Shown here: positions 50,701 through 64,000 of the stretch, in pieces
Position numbering within the stretch: the first letter of the stretch is position 1
How the letters are laid out: each line of letters starts with the position of its first letter
DNA from: Paraphysomonas bandaiensis
Taxonomy: Eukaryota; Protista; Chrysophyceae
Reading direction: 5' to 3'
NCBI GenBank assembly: GCA_965644295.1
Contig: CBFFRP010000309.1
Coordinates: forward strand, 67,611-131,610
DNA: 64,000 nt
The notes under the pieces: generated by a model
Told to the model about the DNA's origin: nothing
Databases searched by the model: none
Seen by the model: only the letters and a program-made list of their open reading frames with translations
Made by a program: the position numbers and the translations under genes

Positions 50701-53700
50701 TTCATTATGCATGGTGATATTTCCTGTGCTTGATACCCAACGAGGAGTGATGGTCACTCTGTCACCTGACCTTTTGAAGCCAACAACAGGATAGAGTGTC
50801 TTCGGCTGAACCTTGAAAGAACTACCAGCATTGAGACCATCAAATGCTTCTCCGAGATCAGTCAGCGAGTGTTCACCATATTTCATTGCGTCGAGAAAGA
50901 AAGATAGACGACCTCTGTTCATGTCCAACAGGACACCCACAGTATCTCCTGTTTGAAACAAATCGCCATACACTTTCTCTCCCGTGCTGGCGGAAGTGTG
51001 ACGGTATGACGACCTTAGGTTTACAAAACCATACCCATACCATCTGTTGAGCCTTGGAGGGGTACTACCAGGCACCTTGGGTGGTTTTTCGGCAACTCCA
51101 ATAAAAATATTTCCTAAATCGCATTGCTCAATTTTGAATTCCCAGTAATGAACACCCGTGGAGAATCCAACGGAAGCGTAAGCGCAACACTTTCCTTCTG
51201 CTCCGCTGCAAGCAGCAGCAAGTTGGTCGTGTGATATCATCACCGATGACGCATGGAACTGAGGATCAAATGTAAATAATCTCGACTGTTGAATCTTGAT
51301 ATCACCCGAGATATGTACAGTTTGGCCACGGAAACATGTGACAGGATAGTGAAAGTGCCCCAGCAAATGGCGTCCAAGGCTGTTTACAGTTTCTTCCGAT
51401 CCAGAAAACCGTGGAAGGGACAAGTCGTATGTTGTTCCTGATTTCCAATGGCTCTCCCCGAAACGTATAGTCCAATCAGAGTTTTCAGACCCTTTAATCA
51501 GTTTCTCTTCGGTTAAAGTCCAGTGCCCATTAGTATACATTATCCCAGTGACATAAACTATGGCACGGAAGTCCGGCCACTCCATCAGCCCATCAAATCT
51601 ACCTCCAATATCCTCATCGTCAAGATTATGACGAGGTAATGATCGCAGCCGTAAAATAATTCCATACGAAGTGTCAGACGCGAAGCCAGCTTTAGCGGCA
51701 CGTTTCTCAGCAGTAAGTGGACAAGGATACTGTGTCTGTATTTTATCGTTGGAATCAACAGCTACATGAATGACATCAAATACACCATCCGCTCCCCACC
51801 GCACATGTTCTGTACCGCCGTTGTTCCATTCAACAACCCTACCTGACCCTGGACCACAGTCTTCCCACTCACATACCTCAATTACAGTACCAATGTCATG
51901 TTCCGTGGTGTCGCTTGAGTCACCACTCGTGAGCCTTTCTCCTAGCATTTGGAGAATGCTGCTACGGGGCCTACGCTCCTCACTTGAGGTACAACCACCA
52001 GAATCTTCCGATACCTTGGATGGTGATTTCGATGATTTACCAACAAACCTGGCGACTTTGCATCCAGGTAAGAGAGCTGGAGGGATCTCTTGCTTGCTTC
52101 TGGAAAACAAGGGGGTCGCAGGAGGCTTCGTGAAAGGAGCCTCCAGTTGGTGTACGACACCAGACCATACTTCCCACCCATCATCAGACAACAAGCTCCC
52201 ACAAATAGCATCCCAGTTGAAGTCGTCGACTTCATTGCTAGTCTCTGAGACGGATAATGGGAGTGACGACTCCGACTGATCTGGAAACAGTCCCTTATCA
52301 TCCGAATAATTCACACATGCCCGAGCAGTAATAGCAAGCTCAATCATGCTTTGTAAGTACTCTGAACACACAGGCTGGCTGCCCTTTTCTTGTTCCATGC
52401 GTCGAATCACGACCCGTTCAATTCTTTCCAAGGGTACCGCATTCGAAATAATAGAATTCAAATTATATCGTATATTAGGATGAAAACTGTCACCAAAATA
52501 TAATTCTTGAATAATAGTGGAGAGTTGCCTCGCTCCACACGTCTTCACAGCAAGCACAGGAGATTTGAGTGTTAATGTCCATGACTCGATCAGATTCCTA
52601 ATCCAATCCACAATACATATCACCGCATCCATGTCACCGTTGAGGTCCTGTATCTCCTTCGTTAGCTGCTTCATTATTGATGAGGACAGCCACACAGCAA
52701 TTACCAAGGACGGAATATGAGCTTTACTATCAATTTCAGTGGAAATAGCATCCTTGTATATAACTGGAGCTATGCCACCTTCAACTTTCCATTCGACCGC
52801 GTATTCCCTCTTCGTTGACAGAAGAGTTTCGACATACACTTGCTGAAGCATACAGTTAATCATGGAGGAATCACCTGACTGTCGAAGGCGTGATAAAATC
52901 GCAGAAAATGCGTTTTGGACAGAAGTGAGCATTGGTGCGCCACCACACGTTAATACAGAACCCAAATTTGGGGGAGGAAGCGAATTCGGGGCGAGAATAG
53001 ACATGGTTTGAAGGTATACCCTCGTTCTCAAACAAGATGCACTACTTTCACGAAGTAAAAACATAATTCTGTCCACCTCTATTGATGGGGGACAATCTTC
53101 CCCCGTTTTCAAGGCAGACATGCTCTCTGCTAATAAACTTACAATGACATCACACGAATTGTTTCGGCTTCTTGCAGTCATCAATCGTAGTATAATCAAG
53201 CGGGAATAAAGTACGCACAATTGAGTAGACATCTTCTCGAATTCATTCAGAATGGATGCCCGATGAGATGGCACCGGAGCAGATAAAATACTAGCAGCCA
53301 CATGGAGCGAATTGCGATCCATATTACTTCCTCTCGAGGAGTCCTCCGGATGGAAGTAGCGTTTGTGACTCAAAAAATCGCTCTCACCTCGCTGCTCCTC
53401 CAGACAATCTTCAAAATACATATCTAAATCTTCACCTTTGGTATTATCATCGGTGGTACTGGCACCTCGCTTAGTCGTGAAGGCAAGTAAGGATTGCAAC
53501 ATAAGAGTATTGGAAGCTAAACATTCCTTTACATGGTCAATAAATGCCGAGTACCCTGTTGGTGGAGTATGCTTGAAAGGTCTATATCCGAAGTTAAGTT
53601 GACACCTTTCATTTCTATTAAATGAGAAACAAGGGTATAGACCACCACAATATGAAAACCTCTCAAAAGCTACACCCATTGAAATCTCTTGCCCATAACC

Positions 53701-56700
53701 ATTCAAATAAAACGACATTGTTAAGTTGTCCATATCTACAGCACAGCCAATGGTATCGCCGCGTGCCCATTTAGCACCCCATTCGGTGGATGCCTCATTC
53801 CACAGTAGCTTTCGCCACCCATCATACGCCCACGAATGAGAACAATCTCCAACACCCTCTCCGTTTTCACATGCACCTTCATACGCTAGATCCGCCCAGC
53901 CAAATTGCATGCATCCCGCTGTCTCCAAATACACTTCGTAGTACCATTTTCCAGATGTAACATGAAAGCCACGACACCCGACACTCGGGAACCCAGTGCT
54001 GCTACTCCCACCGCATGACATATCTGATTTAACAGCGGCTACTCCACATATCGTTGAAAGAGGGTTGGGCCCATAATCGACAGATTCGTCTTTCTCATCC
54101 TCATTTTCTTTGCCAGTCCGTCGGTCAGAGAGCCTATCCTCATCACTTGCTGCCAACTCCTCCCCATGCGACAATATCCAAGTTAGGGCCGCATCGACAT
54201 CATTGTGATTCGCCTCGAGGGCACGCATACACCAGCTCGGAGGGAAACCCATATCCATAAGCTGTTGCCTACGTGACCCTTCTGACCCACTGAAGACTCT
54301 TCTGCCGCCACTTGCAAGGCGAGCCACAATACCGAGGGCATTGGATCGTGGACTCTGATATCGATTACCTCCCATCCCCCCACTTCCAGCACGTGCAGAG
54401 CTCGCTGCGCTGGCATACGCTGCTTCCTCAGCAACAATTTGATTCATTTCCGAACCATGCTCGAAGCATAAGTTTATCGCCATCTCTACGTTGTAACGAC
54501 ATCTTCTAAGCGCCACTTCACACCACTCTTTAGGAAATCCCATCTCCATCATTTGATCCCTAGCACGTGCAGCATCTGCACTTGATGGCGTAGAGAGCAT
54601 CGATGCAAGCATGCTCGCAGACATCACGTCTCTCGAAGACCTACCCGAAGTACTCTCAGTCGAAGATGACCTCGCTGCGCGCAATCGGGATCGTAATTGC
54701 TGCAATGTAGATTCCGATTCATCATCACCTTTATCTTCATCACTTGCGACGTCAGGTGCAGAATATGCCTCCCACAAAACAGCCCAGCGTTCCTCCATTG
54801 CCTCTATTTCACTCAGCCCGCCAATTGTGGTTTCAGAAACTGCATAAGCCAAAATTTCTCGCAATATCTGGTGGTTATCAGAACATAGAGACATCACAGA
54901 AGTATTAAACTGCAGCCACTCAGCAATGGCTCGAAACGATACGGTGCTGGTGTAAAACTGAAGTGCATTAATATCAGATATCCCATCACCAACGTCGACC
55001 TCCTCCATCGGTTCATCTTGCTTGCAGTCGTCACTTTTGCTCTTAAGGTGACTCAGCATTTGACGTTGCATTGAGTGAGCTCCATAGTCAATGAGATCTT
55101 CGGAGACATCATTGTCATCACTTTCATCATCATTGTCATCATCATCATCGGGGTCATCCAATGCCATAAACGCCCCACTGTCGACTGTGGTCTTCTTCTT
55201 AGTGTCCGGCGATCCTTTCCCTTGTGACTCTCTATCTTTGCGTCGCTGAAGACTATCTTTTACCAATGGCAAACTGTACTTTTCTAAAAATTCTAAACAC
55301 TCCAATAGGAGACTAGCATCAAAGAAATCAGGGGGAGGAGGGAAATCTGGTGCTGGAACAACATCATCGATACTCATTTTCACAGTACGGAGAGGCAAAG
55401 ACCCTGAAAGTGACATCGAATACTGAGTACTATACCGCTGAACACCTTCTTTTTCTGACTTGACCATTTTCCTACTACGTTCCATAAGTACAACTTCAAC
55501 AGAATTAGAATGCACCGACTTGGACACTAACATCCCACAGCTGTGCGAAACAGCAGCCAGTCGCAAAGCAAAAGTTTCCGAAGTGCCAACAAGGCTGAAT
55601 GGTTTTAAAGTGACAGTTCCACCCACACGAAGTCGATCAATATGACCACCCAGCACACTGAACACTCCAGAGACCATCCTCAAATGAATAGTTTGGTTCC
55701 AAGATGAGCACTCCAATGCTGCTTTATCATAATCTTTACTGCGTTGCAGTGGACGCCGTAAAGTAGCTACCACAGTATCTTTCCAAGCCGGGACGTCTTC
55801 AAGTAATCGAATTAGGGAAATGCATTCTGCACTAAGCGACGTCGCTCCACCAGGTACAGAATGTAAACTCGACATGAAATTGTCGTGGTTATGTGTTGGC
55901 GGTGTGACAGTTACGGATGCTGCCTCAAGTAGTTGCGACAGAAGTTTTTCCGCGCAGGATAGACCATTTTCCTCTTGAGATGCCAAAATTAGGTTGTCCA
56001 CATCATCTTCATCTAAAGCTTCATCAGATAACACAATCTCATCACTCCTCGCAAAAAGGTCATTCATATATAGCCTGACATTTTCAGGCTTCATACTGAT
56101 GAGAAGACGCCGGAGCAATCGCATTAACCTTCTCTGTACTCCCAAGTCGCCAAATCCAATCGACGCCACAAGCAGCGTCAGCCACTTTGGGGTGGACAGA
56201 TATCGTTGACAGACAGCAGATTCAGACACAAAGTAAAGCAATCGCAGTATTCGATAGGCATACTTTCCACCTTCAAGTTCATCATTGCAGTCACTGTTGT
56301 TACTACATTCGGCAGTAGACACGGGTGCATACCGCTCTATGCCCAGTCCCCCACAGGTACGAACAATTAAATGCTTCATACAATTATATAGCTCAGAGTA
56401 AAGCATATCAAACAAGGCCTGAGAAAGGGTTTCTGGGCCAGATGGGTGCCGTTGGAGGTGCAAAGATGGGGGACGGTGAACACCACTACCGTCTTTACAA
56501 AAAGCAACTTGAGAAGCCAAGGTGTGAACCACCCTCAACGATAACTGTGATAGTCTCCTGTTAGCATTGACTATAATATCATGAGTCGAGCTATCGGATG
56601 AAATGTCACCATCTTTATCTGGACAAGAACTTTCGGATGTAGTAGTTTGCTGTGAAAGTAGAGAGGCTCGCGCATCGTCTAACACAGTTTGTAGCACGCG

Positions 56701-59700
56701 AAATATACCAATTCTGTTCAAAAAGGCGTGATCTTCCGGAATTATTGCGATGTCCCACGCAGACAGCGCAATGCACTGACCATCTCTATCGCCAGCCCAA
56801 GTGCAGCGTTGAAGCAACTGTGTAATTAGCTCATACATACTCTCAAATGAGTTTCTCAGAGTGCTCAAGAAGTCCCTGCCAGCAGACTGCAAAGAGTCCG
56901 TGAAGTGTCCTAGTGGAACTACACTTGAACTGCTGTCATCACCAGGCTCCGATGAGACACCGGATGACATGGGAACGTTTCCATTCAAACGCCCCCCAAG
57001 CTCATACGTACATCCACTACTGAAATCACAAACACCATAAAAGGCAGGGTGAATGTACTCCACAACAACGGACTGCAAAAACAATACAGAAAGAACAGGC
57101 AATCGTGGTGATATATCTTCCGGCAAGGCAGTGCTACCAGTAGCTTTCCCCAGCAGCAAAATGAGTGCCTGTAGTCCTGCTGATCGAGAGTACGCCCGCA
57201 ACGAGCACTTAAACAACGCACACCTCAAGTGACCAACATCAATACACGATACTTGAAAGAACTCAACTACTTCAGCTAAGCACTTTGAAACGGTGAACTG
57301 AACATCTTCCAAGTTTTGCCCCATGCTTGACTCAGCGCCTGTACGAGGGGTTGTAGGTAGCGACGGGACAGTGGCAAGAATATGAGCTATATCTCTACTG
57401 TAATCGTTGGGTTGAATGGTTAACAAAAACTCAGCCTTCTTGCACAACTCCTGGGAAAGGTGGCCATATGATACACCAGTGGTTTGCTTCTGTCGAATTG
57501 CGTGCTCTACAATTCTTTGTGACGCGCGCCATACGTCCACGAGTAAGGGATGTGGTTTGTCTGACACATTTCTATCTGCAGCATTCAAAGCTCTGTCCTC
57601 TGCATAGCACAGCGACAAACAGCCCGTGTGGTGCAGGAGTGAGACGAGAACTCGTCTGCGCGCACTCTGCATCGGTTCTCCACCGATTTTGCAAAGCACC
57701 GATAAGCCGATATGCCGAAGTAAATGCTCGTCAATACGACGGCCCACTCCGATATTTTCCTGTAAGTGTGTGTAAAACGGATCTTCACTCTTGTGTTCAA
57801 TCTCCGAAGTTGGGTGCTGAAGTATAGGTTGATACCTAACTTCAGTGAATCGATCGGAAGACGGCGAATTGGTGCTGGCAAAGGTGCAATACTTTCTGAT
57901 ATCGCGAAAGACCGTATCGATCCACCACGATTTCAGTCTAGCGCTCGCGGGTGACAGTACCAATGTCATGTTCCGTGGTGTCGCTTGAGTCACCACTCGT
58001 GAGCCTTTCTCCTAGCATTTGGAGAATGCTGCTACGGGGCCTACGCTCCTCACTTGAGGTACAACCACCAGAATCTTCCGATACCTTGGATGGTGATTTC
58101 GATGATTTACCAACAAACCTGGCGACTTTGCATCCAGGTAAGAGAGCTGGAGGGATCTCTTGCTTGCTTCTGGAAAACAAGGGGGTCGCAGGAGGCTTCG
58201 TGAAAGGAGCCTCCAGTTGGTGTACGACACCAGACCATACTTCCCACCCATCATCAGACAACAAGCTCCCACAAATAGCATCCCAGTTGAAGTCGTCGAC
58301 TTCATTGCTAGTCTCTGAGACGGATAATGGGAGTGACGACTCCGACTGATCTGGAAACAGTCCCTTATCATCCGAATAATTCACACATGCCCGAGCAGTA
58401 ATAGCAAGCTCAATCATGCTTTGTAAGTACTCTGAACACACAGGCTGGCTGCCCTTTTCTTGTTCCATGCGTCGAATCACGACCCGTTCAATTCTTTCCA
58501 AGGGTACCGCATTCGAAATAATAGAATTCAAATTATATCGTATATTAGGATGAAAACTGTCACCAAAATATAATTCTTGAATAATAGTGGAGAGTTGCCT
58601 CGCTCCACACGTCTTCACAGCAAGCACAGGAGATTTGAGTGTTAATGTCCATGACTCGATCAGATTCCTAATCCAATCCACAATACATATCACCGCATCC
58701 ATGTCACCGTTGAGGTCCTGTATCTCCTTCGTTAGCTGCTTCATTATTGATGAGGACAGCCACACAGCAATTACCAAGGACGGAATATGAGCTTTACTAT
58801 CAATTTCAGTGGAAATAGCATCCTTGTATATAACTGGAGCTATGCCACCTTCAACTTTCCATTCGACCGCGTATTCCCTCTTCGTTGACAGAAGAGTTTC
58901 GACATACACTTGCTGAAGCATACAGTTAATCATGGAGGAATCACCTGACTGTCGAAGGCGTGATAAAATCGCAGAAAATGCGTTTTGGACAGAAGTGAGC
59001 ATTGGTGCGCCACCACACGTTAATACAGAACCCAAATTTGGGGGAGGAAGCGAATTCGGGGCGAGAATAGACATGGTTTGAAGGTATACCCTCGTTCTCA
59101 AACAAGATGCACTACTTTCACGAAGTAAAAACATAATTCTGTCCACCTCTATTGATGGGGGACAATCTTCCCCCGTTTTCAAGGCAGACATGCTCTCTGC
59201 TAATAAACTTACAATGACATCACACGAATTGTTTCGGCTTCTTGCAGTCATCAATCGTAGTATAATCAAGCGGGAATAAAGTACGCACAATTGAGTAGAC
59301 ATCTTCTCGAATTCATTCAGAATGGATGCCCGATGAGATGGCACCGGAGCAGATAAAATACTAGCAGCCACATGGAGCGAATTGCGATCCATATTACTTC
59401 CTCTCGAGGAGTCCTCCGGATGGAAGTAGCGTTTGTGACTCAAAAAATCGCTCTCACCTCGCTGCTCCTCCAGACAATCTTCAAAATACATATCTAAATC
59501 TTCACCTTTGGTATTATCATCGGTGGTACTGGCACCTCGCTTAGTCGTGAAGGCAAGTAAGGATTGCAACATAAGAGTATTGGAAGCTAAACATTCCTTT
59601 ACATGGTCAATAAATGCCGAGTACCCTGTTGGTGGAGTATGCTTGAAAGGTCTATATCCGAAGTTAAGTTGACACCTTTCATTTCTATTAAATGAGAAAC

Positions 59701-62700
59701 AAGGGTATAGACCACCACAATATGAAAACCTCTCAAAAGCTACACCCATTGAAATCTCTTGCCCATAACCATTCAAATAAAACGACATTGTTAAGTTGTC
59801 CATATCTACAGCACAGCCAATGGTATCGCCGCGTGCCCATTTAGCACCCCATTCGGTGGATGCCTCATTCCACAGTAGCTTTCGCCACCCATCATACGCC
59901 CACGAATGAGAACAATCTCCAACACCCTCTCCGTTTTCACATGCACCTTCATACGCTAGATCCGCCCAGCCAAATTGCATGCATCCCGCTGTCTCCAAAT
60001 ACACTTCGTAGTACCATTTTCCAGATGTAACATGAAAGCCACGACACCCGACACTCGGGAACCCAGTGCTGCTACTCCCACCGCATGACATATCTGATTT
60101 AACAGCGGCTACTCCACATATCGTTGAAAGAGGGTTGGGCCCATAATCGACAGATTCGTCTTTCTCATCCTCATTTTCTTTGCCAGTCCGTCGGTCAGAG
60201 AGCCTATCCTCATCACTTGCTGCCAACTCCTCCCCATGCGACAATATCCAAGTTAGGGCCGCATCGACATCATTGTGATTCGCCTCGAGGGCACGCATAC
60301 ACCAGCTCGGAGGGAAACCCATATCCATAAGCTGTTGCCTACGTGACCCTTCTGACCCACTGAAGACTCTTCTGCCGCCACTTGCAAGGCGAGCCACAAT
60401 ACCGAGGGCATTGGATCGTGGACTCTGATATCGATTACCTCCCATCCCCCCACTTCCAGCACGTGCAGAGCTCGCTGCGCTGGCATACGCTGCTTCCTCA
60501 GCAACAATTTGATTCATTTCCGAACCATGCTCGAAGCATAAGTTTATCGCCATCTCTACGTTGTAACGACATCTTCTAAGCGCCACTTCACACCACTCTT
60601 TAGGAAATCCCATCTCCATCATTTGATCCCTAGCACGTGCAGCATCTGCACTTGATGGCGTAGAGAGCATCGATGCAAGCATGCTCGCAGACATCACGTC
60701 TCTCGAAGACCTACCCGAAGTACTCTCAGTCGAAGATGACCTCGCTGCGCGCAATCGGGATCGTAATTGCTGCAATGTAGATTCCGATTCATCATCACCT
60801 TTATCTTCATCACTTGCGACGTCAGGTGCAGAATATGCCTCCCACAAAACAGCCCAGCGTTCCTCCATTGCCTCTATTTCACTCAGCCCGCCAATTGTGG
60901 TTTCAGAAACTGCATAAGCCAAAATTTCTCGCAATATCTGGTGGTTATCAGAACATAGAGACATCACAGAAGTATTAAACTGCAGCCACTCAGCAATGGC
61001 TCGAAACGATACGGTGCTGGTGTAAAACTGAAGTGCATTAATATCAGATATCCCATCACCAACGTCGACCTCCTCCATCGGTTCATCTTGCTTGCAGTCG
61101 TCACTTTTGCTCTTAAGGTGACTCAGCATTTGACGTTGCATTGAGTGAGCTCCATAGTCAATGAGATCTTCGGAGACATCATTGTCATCACTTTCATCAT
61201 CATTGTCATCATCATCATCGGGGTCATCCAATGCCATAAACGCCCCACTGTCGACTGTGGTCTTCTTCTTAGTGTCCGGCGATCCTTTCCCTTGTGACTC
61301 TCTATCTTTGCGTCGCTGAAGACTATCTTTTACCAATGGCAAACTGTACTTTTCTAAAAATTCTAAACACTCCAATAGGAGACTAGCATCAAAGAAATCA
61401 GGGGGAGGAGGGAAATCTGGTGCTGGAACAACATCATCGATACTCATTTTCACAGTACGGAGAGGCAAAGACCCTGAAAGTGACATCGAATACTGAGTAC
61501 TATACCGCTGAACACCTTCTTTTTCTGACTTGACCATTTTCCTACTACGTTCCATAAGTACAACTTCAACAGAATTAGAATGCACCGACTTGGACACTAA
61601 CATCCCACAGCTGTGCGAAACAGCAGCCAGTCGCAAAGCAAAAGTTTCCGAAGTGCCAACAAGGCTGAATGGTTTTAAAGTGACAGTTCCACCCACACGA
61701 AGTCGATCAATATGACCACCCAGCACACTGAACACTCCAGAGACCATCCTCAAATGAATAGTTTGGTTCCAAGATGAGCACTCCAATGCTGCTTTATCAT
61801 AATCTTTACTGCGTTGCAGTGGACGCCGTAAAGTAGCTACCACAGTATCTTTCCAAGCCGGGACGTCTTCAAGTAATCGAATTAGGGAAATGCATTCTGC
61901 ACTAAGCGACGTCGCTCCACCAGGTACAGAATGTAAACTCGACATGAAATTGTCGTGGTTATGTGTTGGCGGTGTGACAGTTACGGATGCTGCCTCAAGT
62001 AGTTGCGACAGAAGTTTTTCCGCGCAGGATAGACCATTTTCCTCTTGAGATGCCAAAATTAGGTTGTCCACATCATCTTCATCTAAAGCTTCATCAGATA
62101 ACACAATCTCATCACTCCTCGCAAAAAGGTCATTCATATATAGCCTGACATTTTCAGGCTTCATACTGATGAGAAGACGCCGGAGCAATCGCATTAACCT
62201 TCTCTGTACTCCCAAGTCGCCAAATCCAATCGACGCCACAAGCAGCGTCAGCCACTTTGGGGTGGACAGATATCGTTGACAGACAGCAGATTCAGACACA
62301 AAGTAAAGCAATCGCAGTATTCGATAGGCATACTTTCCACCTTCAAGTTCATCATTGCAGTCACTGTTGTTACTACATTCGGCAGTAGACACGGGTGCAT
62401 ACCGCTCTATGCCCAGTCCCCCACAGGTACGAACAATTAAATGCTTCATACAATTATATAGCTCAGAGTAAAGCATATCAAACAAGGCCTGAGAAAGGGT
62501 TTCTGGGCCAGATGGGTGCCGTTGGAGGTGCAAAGATGGGGGACGGTGAACACCACTACCGTCTTTACAAAAAGCAACTTGAGAAGCCAAGGTGTGAACC
62601 ACCCTCAACGATAACTGTGATAGTCTCCTGTTAGCATTGACTATAATATCATGAGTCGAGCTATCGGATGAAATGTCACCATCTTTATCTGGACAAGAAC

Positions 62701-64000
62701 TTTCGGATGTAGTAGTTTGCTGTGAAAGTAGAGAGGCTCGCGCATCGTCTAACACAGTTTGTAGCACGCGAAATATACCAATTCTGTTCAAAAAGGCGTG
62801 ATCTTCCGGAATTATTGCGATGTCCCACGCAGACAGCGCAATGCACTGACCATCTCTATCGCCAGCCCAAGTGCAGCGTTGAAGCAACTGTGTAATTAGC
62901 TCATACATACTCTCAAATGAGTTTCTCAGAGTGCTCAAGAAGTCCCTGCCAGCAGACTGCAAAGAGTCCGTGAAGTGTCCTAGTGGAACTACACTTGAAC
63001 TGCTGTCATCACCAGGCTCCGATGAGACACCGGATGACATGGGAACGTTTCCATTCAAACGCCCCCCAAGCTCATACGTACATCCACTACTGAAATCACA
63101 AACACCATAAAAGGCAGGGTGAATGTACTCCACAACAACGGACTGCAAAAACAATACAGAAAGAACAGGCAATCGTGGTGATATATCTTCCGGCAAGGCA
63201 GTGCTACCAGTAGCTTTCCCCAGCAGCAAAATGAGTGCCTGTAGTCCTGCTGATCGAGAGTACGCCCGCAACGAGCACTTAAACAACGCACACCTCAAGT
63301 GACCAACATCAATACACGATACTTGAAAGAACTCAACTACTTCAGCTAAGCACTTTGAAACGGTGAACTGAACATCTTCCAAGTTTTGCCCCATGCTTGA
63401 CTCAGCGCCTGTACGAGGGGTTGTAGGTAGCGACGGGACAGTGGCAAGAATATGAGCTATATCTCTACTGTAATCGTTGGGTTGAATGGTTAACAAAAAC
63501 TCAGCCTTCTTGCACAACTCCTGGGAAAGGTGGCCATATGATACACCAGTGGTTTGCTTCTGTCGAATTGCGTGCTCTACAATTCTTTGTGACGCGCGCC
63601 ATACGTCCACGAGTAAGGGATGTGGTTTGTCTGACACATTTCTATCTGCAGCATTCAAAGCTCTGTCCTCTGCATAGCACAGCGACAAACAGCCCGTGTG
63701 GTGCAGGAGTGAGACGAGAACTCGTCTGCGCGCACTCTGCATCGGTTCTCCACCGATTTTGCAAAGCACCGATAAGCCGATATGCCGAAGTAAATGCTCG
63801 TCAATACGACGGCCCACTCCGATATTTTCCTGTAAGTGTGTGTAAAACGGATCTTCACTCTTGTGTTCAATCTCCGAAGTTGGGTGCTGAAGTATAGGTT
63901 GATACCTAACTTCAGTGAATCGATCGGAAGACGGCGAATTGGTGCTGGCAAAGGTGCAATACTTTCTGATATCGCGAAAGACCGTATCGATCCACCACGA
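47771..64000 (-). CDS. Giant HECT E3 ubiquitin ligase (two UBA, two SPRY, Mib-HERC2-like, HECT), 5'-partial; intron 48891-48845; frame broken at the duplication junction near 57953
   Basis: UBA motifs MEMGFP and MDMGFP; SPRY motifs GKWYYEV...GDTIGCAVD and GVHYWEF...GDTVGVLLD; FKVKFLGEGVN|DYGGPYR; FLRFVWARSR; PHAQTCFFSLGLPAY carrying the catalytic Cys. Confidence 0.92.
51884..64000. repeat. 6,070-bp tandem duplication within the HECT gene (51884-57953 repeated from 57954 to the window end)
   Basis: All ORFs recur at +6070 with identical translations (e.g. 52517/58587, 54054/60124, 57585/63655). Confidence 0.96.

Noticed and set aside
57950-57996. N-terminus MVTQATPRNMTLVL of the 3038-aa ORF as a true start
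   Set aside because: It is out-of-frame sequence from the other duplicate across the junction.

Overview
This is eukaryotic nuclear DNA with short GT-AG introns (mostly about 45-60 nt) and the standard genetic code. The source is probably a flagellated stramenopile, chrysophyte-like; this is inferred from CFAP99, a giant PT-repeat/REJ surface protein and a DNQA-type Copia protease. Host genes in order: pirin (-, runs off the left edge), ROK-family sugar kinase (+), a phosphotriesterase-like protein lacking its metal ligands and carrying a C-terminal Cys4 finger (-), a ~5,000-aa Kelch/PTGQ-repeat/REJ/EGF multi-pass polycystin-like protein (+), UNC-93-like MFS transporter (+), a small FAM192A-like protein (-), organellar TrpRS (-), CFAP99 (+), OSCA/TMEM63 channel (+) and a giant UBA/SPRY/Mib-HERC2/HECT E3 ligase (-, runs off the right edge) interrupted by an apparently exact, out-of-frame 6,070-bp tandem duplication. 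An ~8-kb transposon island (34.1-42.1 kb) holds an LTR-like unit with a nested MITE, a gag split by an in-frame TAA, non-LTR and chromodomain fragments, and a truncated Copia. The most notable structure is that the two outward-facing retroelements each end in a 570-680-bp, slightly diverged inverted copy of their own coding sequence, so read-through transcripts would form long hairpins. Several MITE-like elements, a dispersed ~0.5-kb repeat family and TATG-type microsatellites near gene 5' ends are also present. All family calls are from motif recognition by eye; no searches were run.
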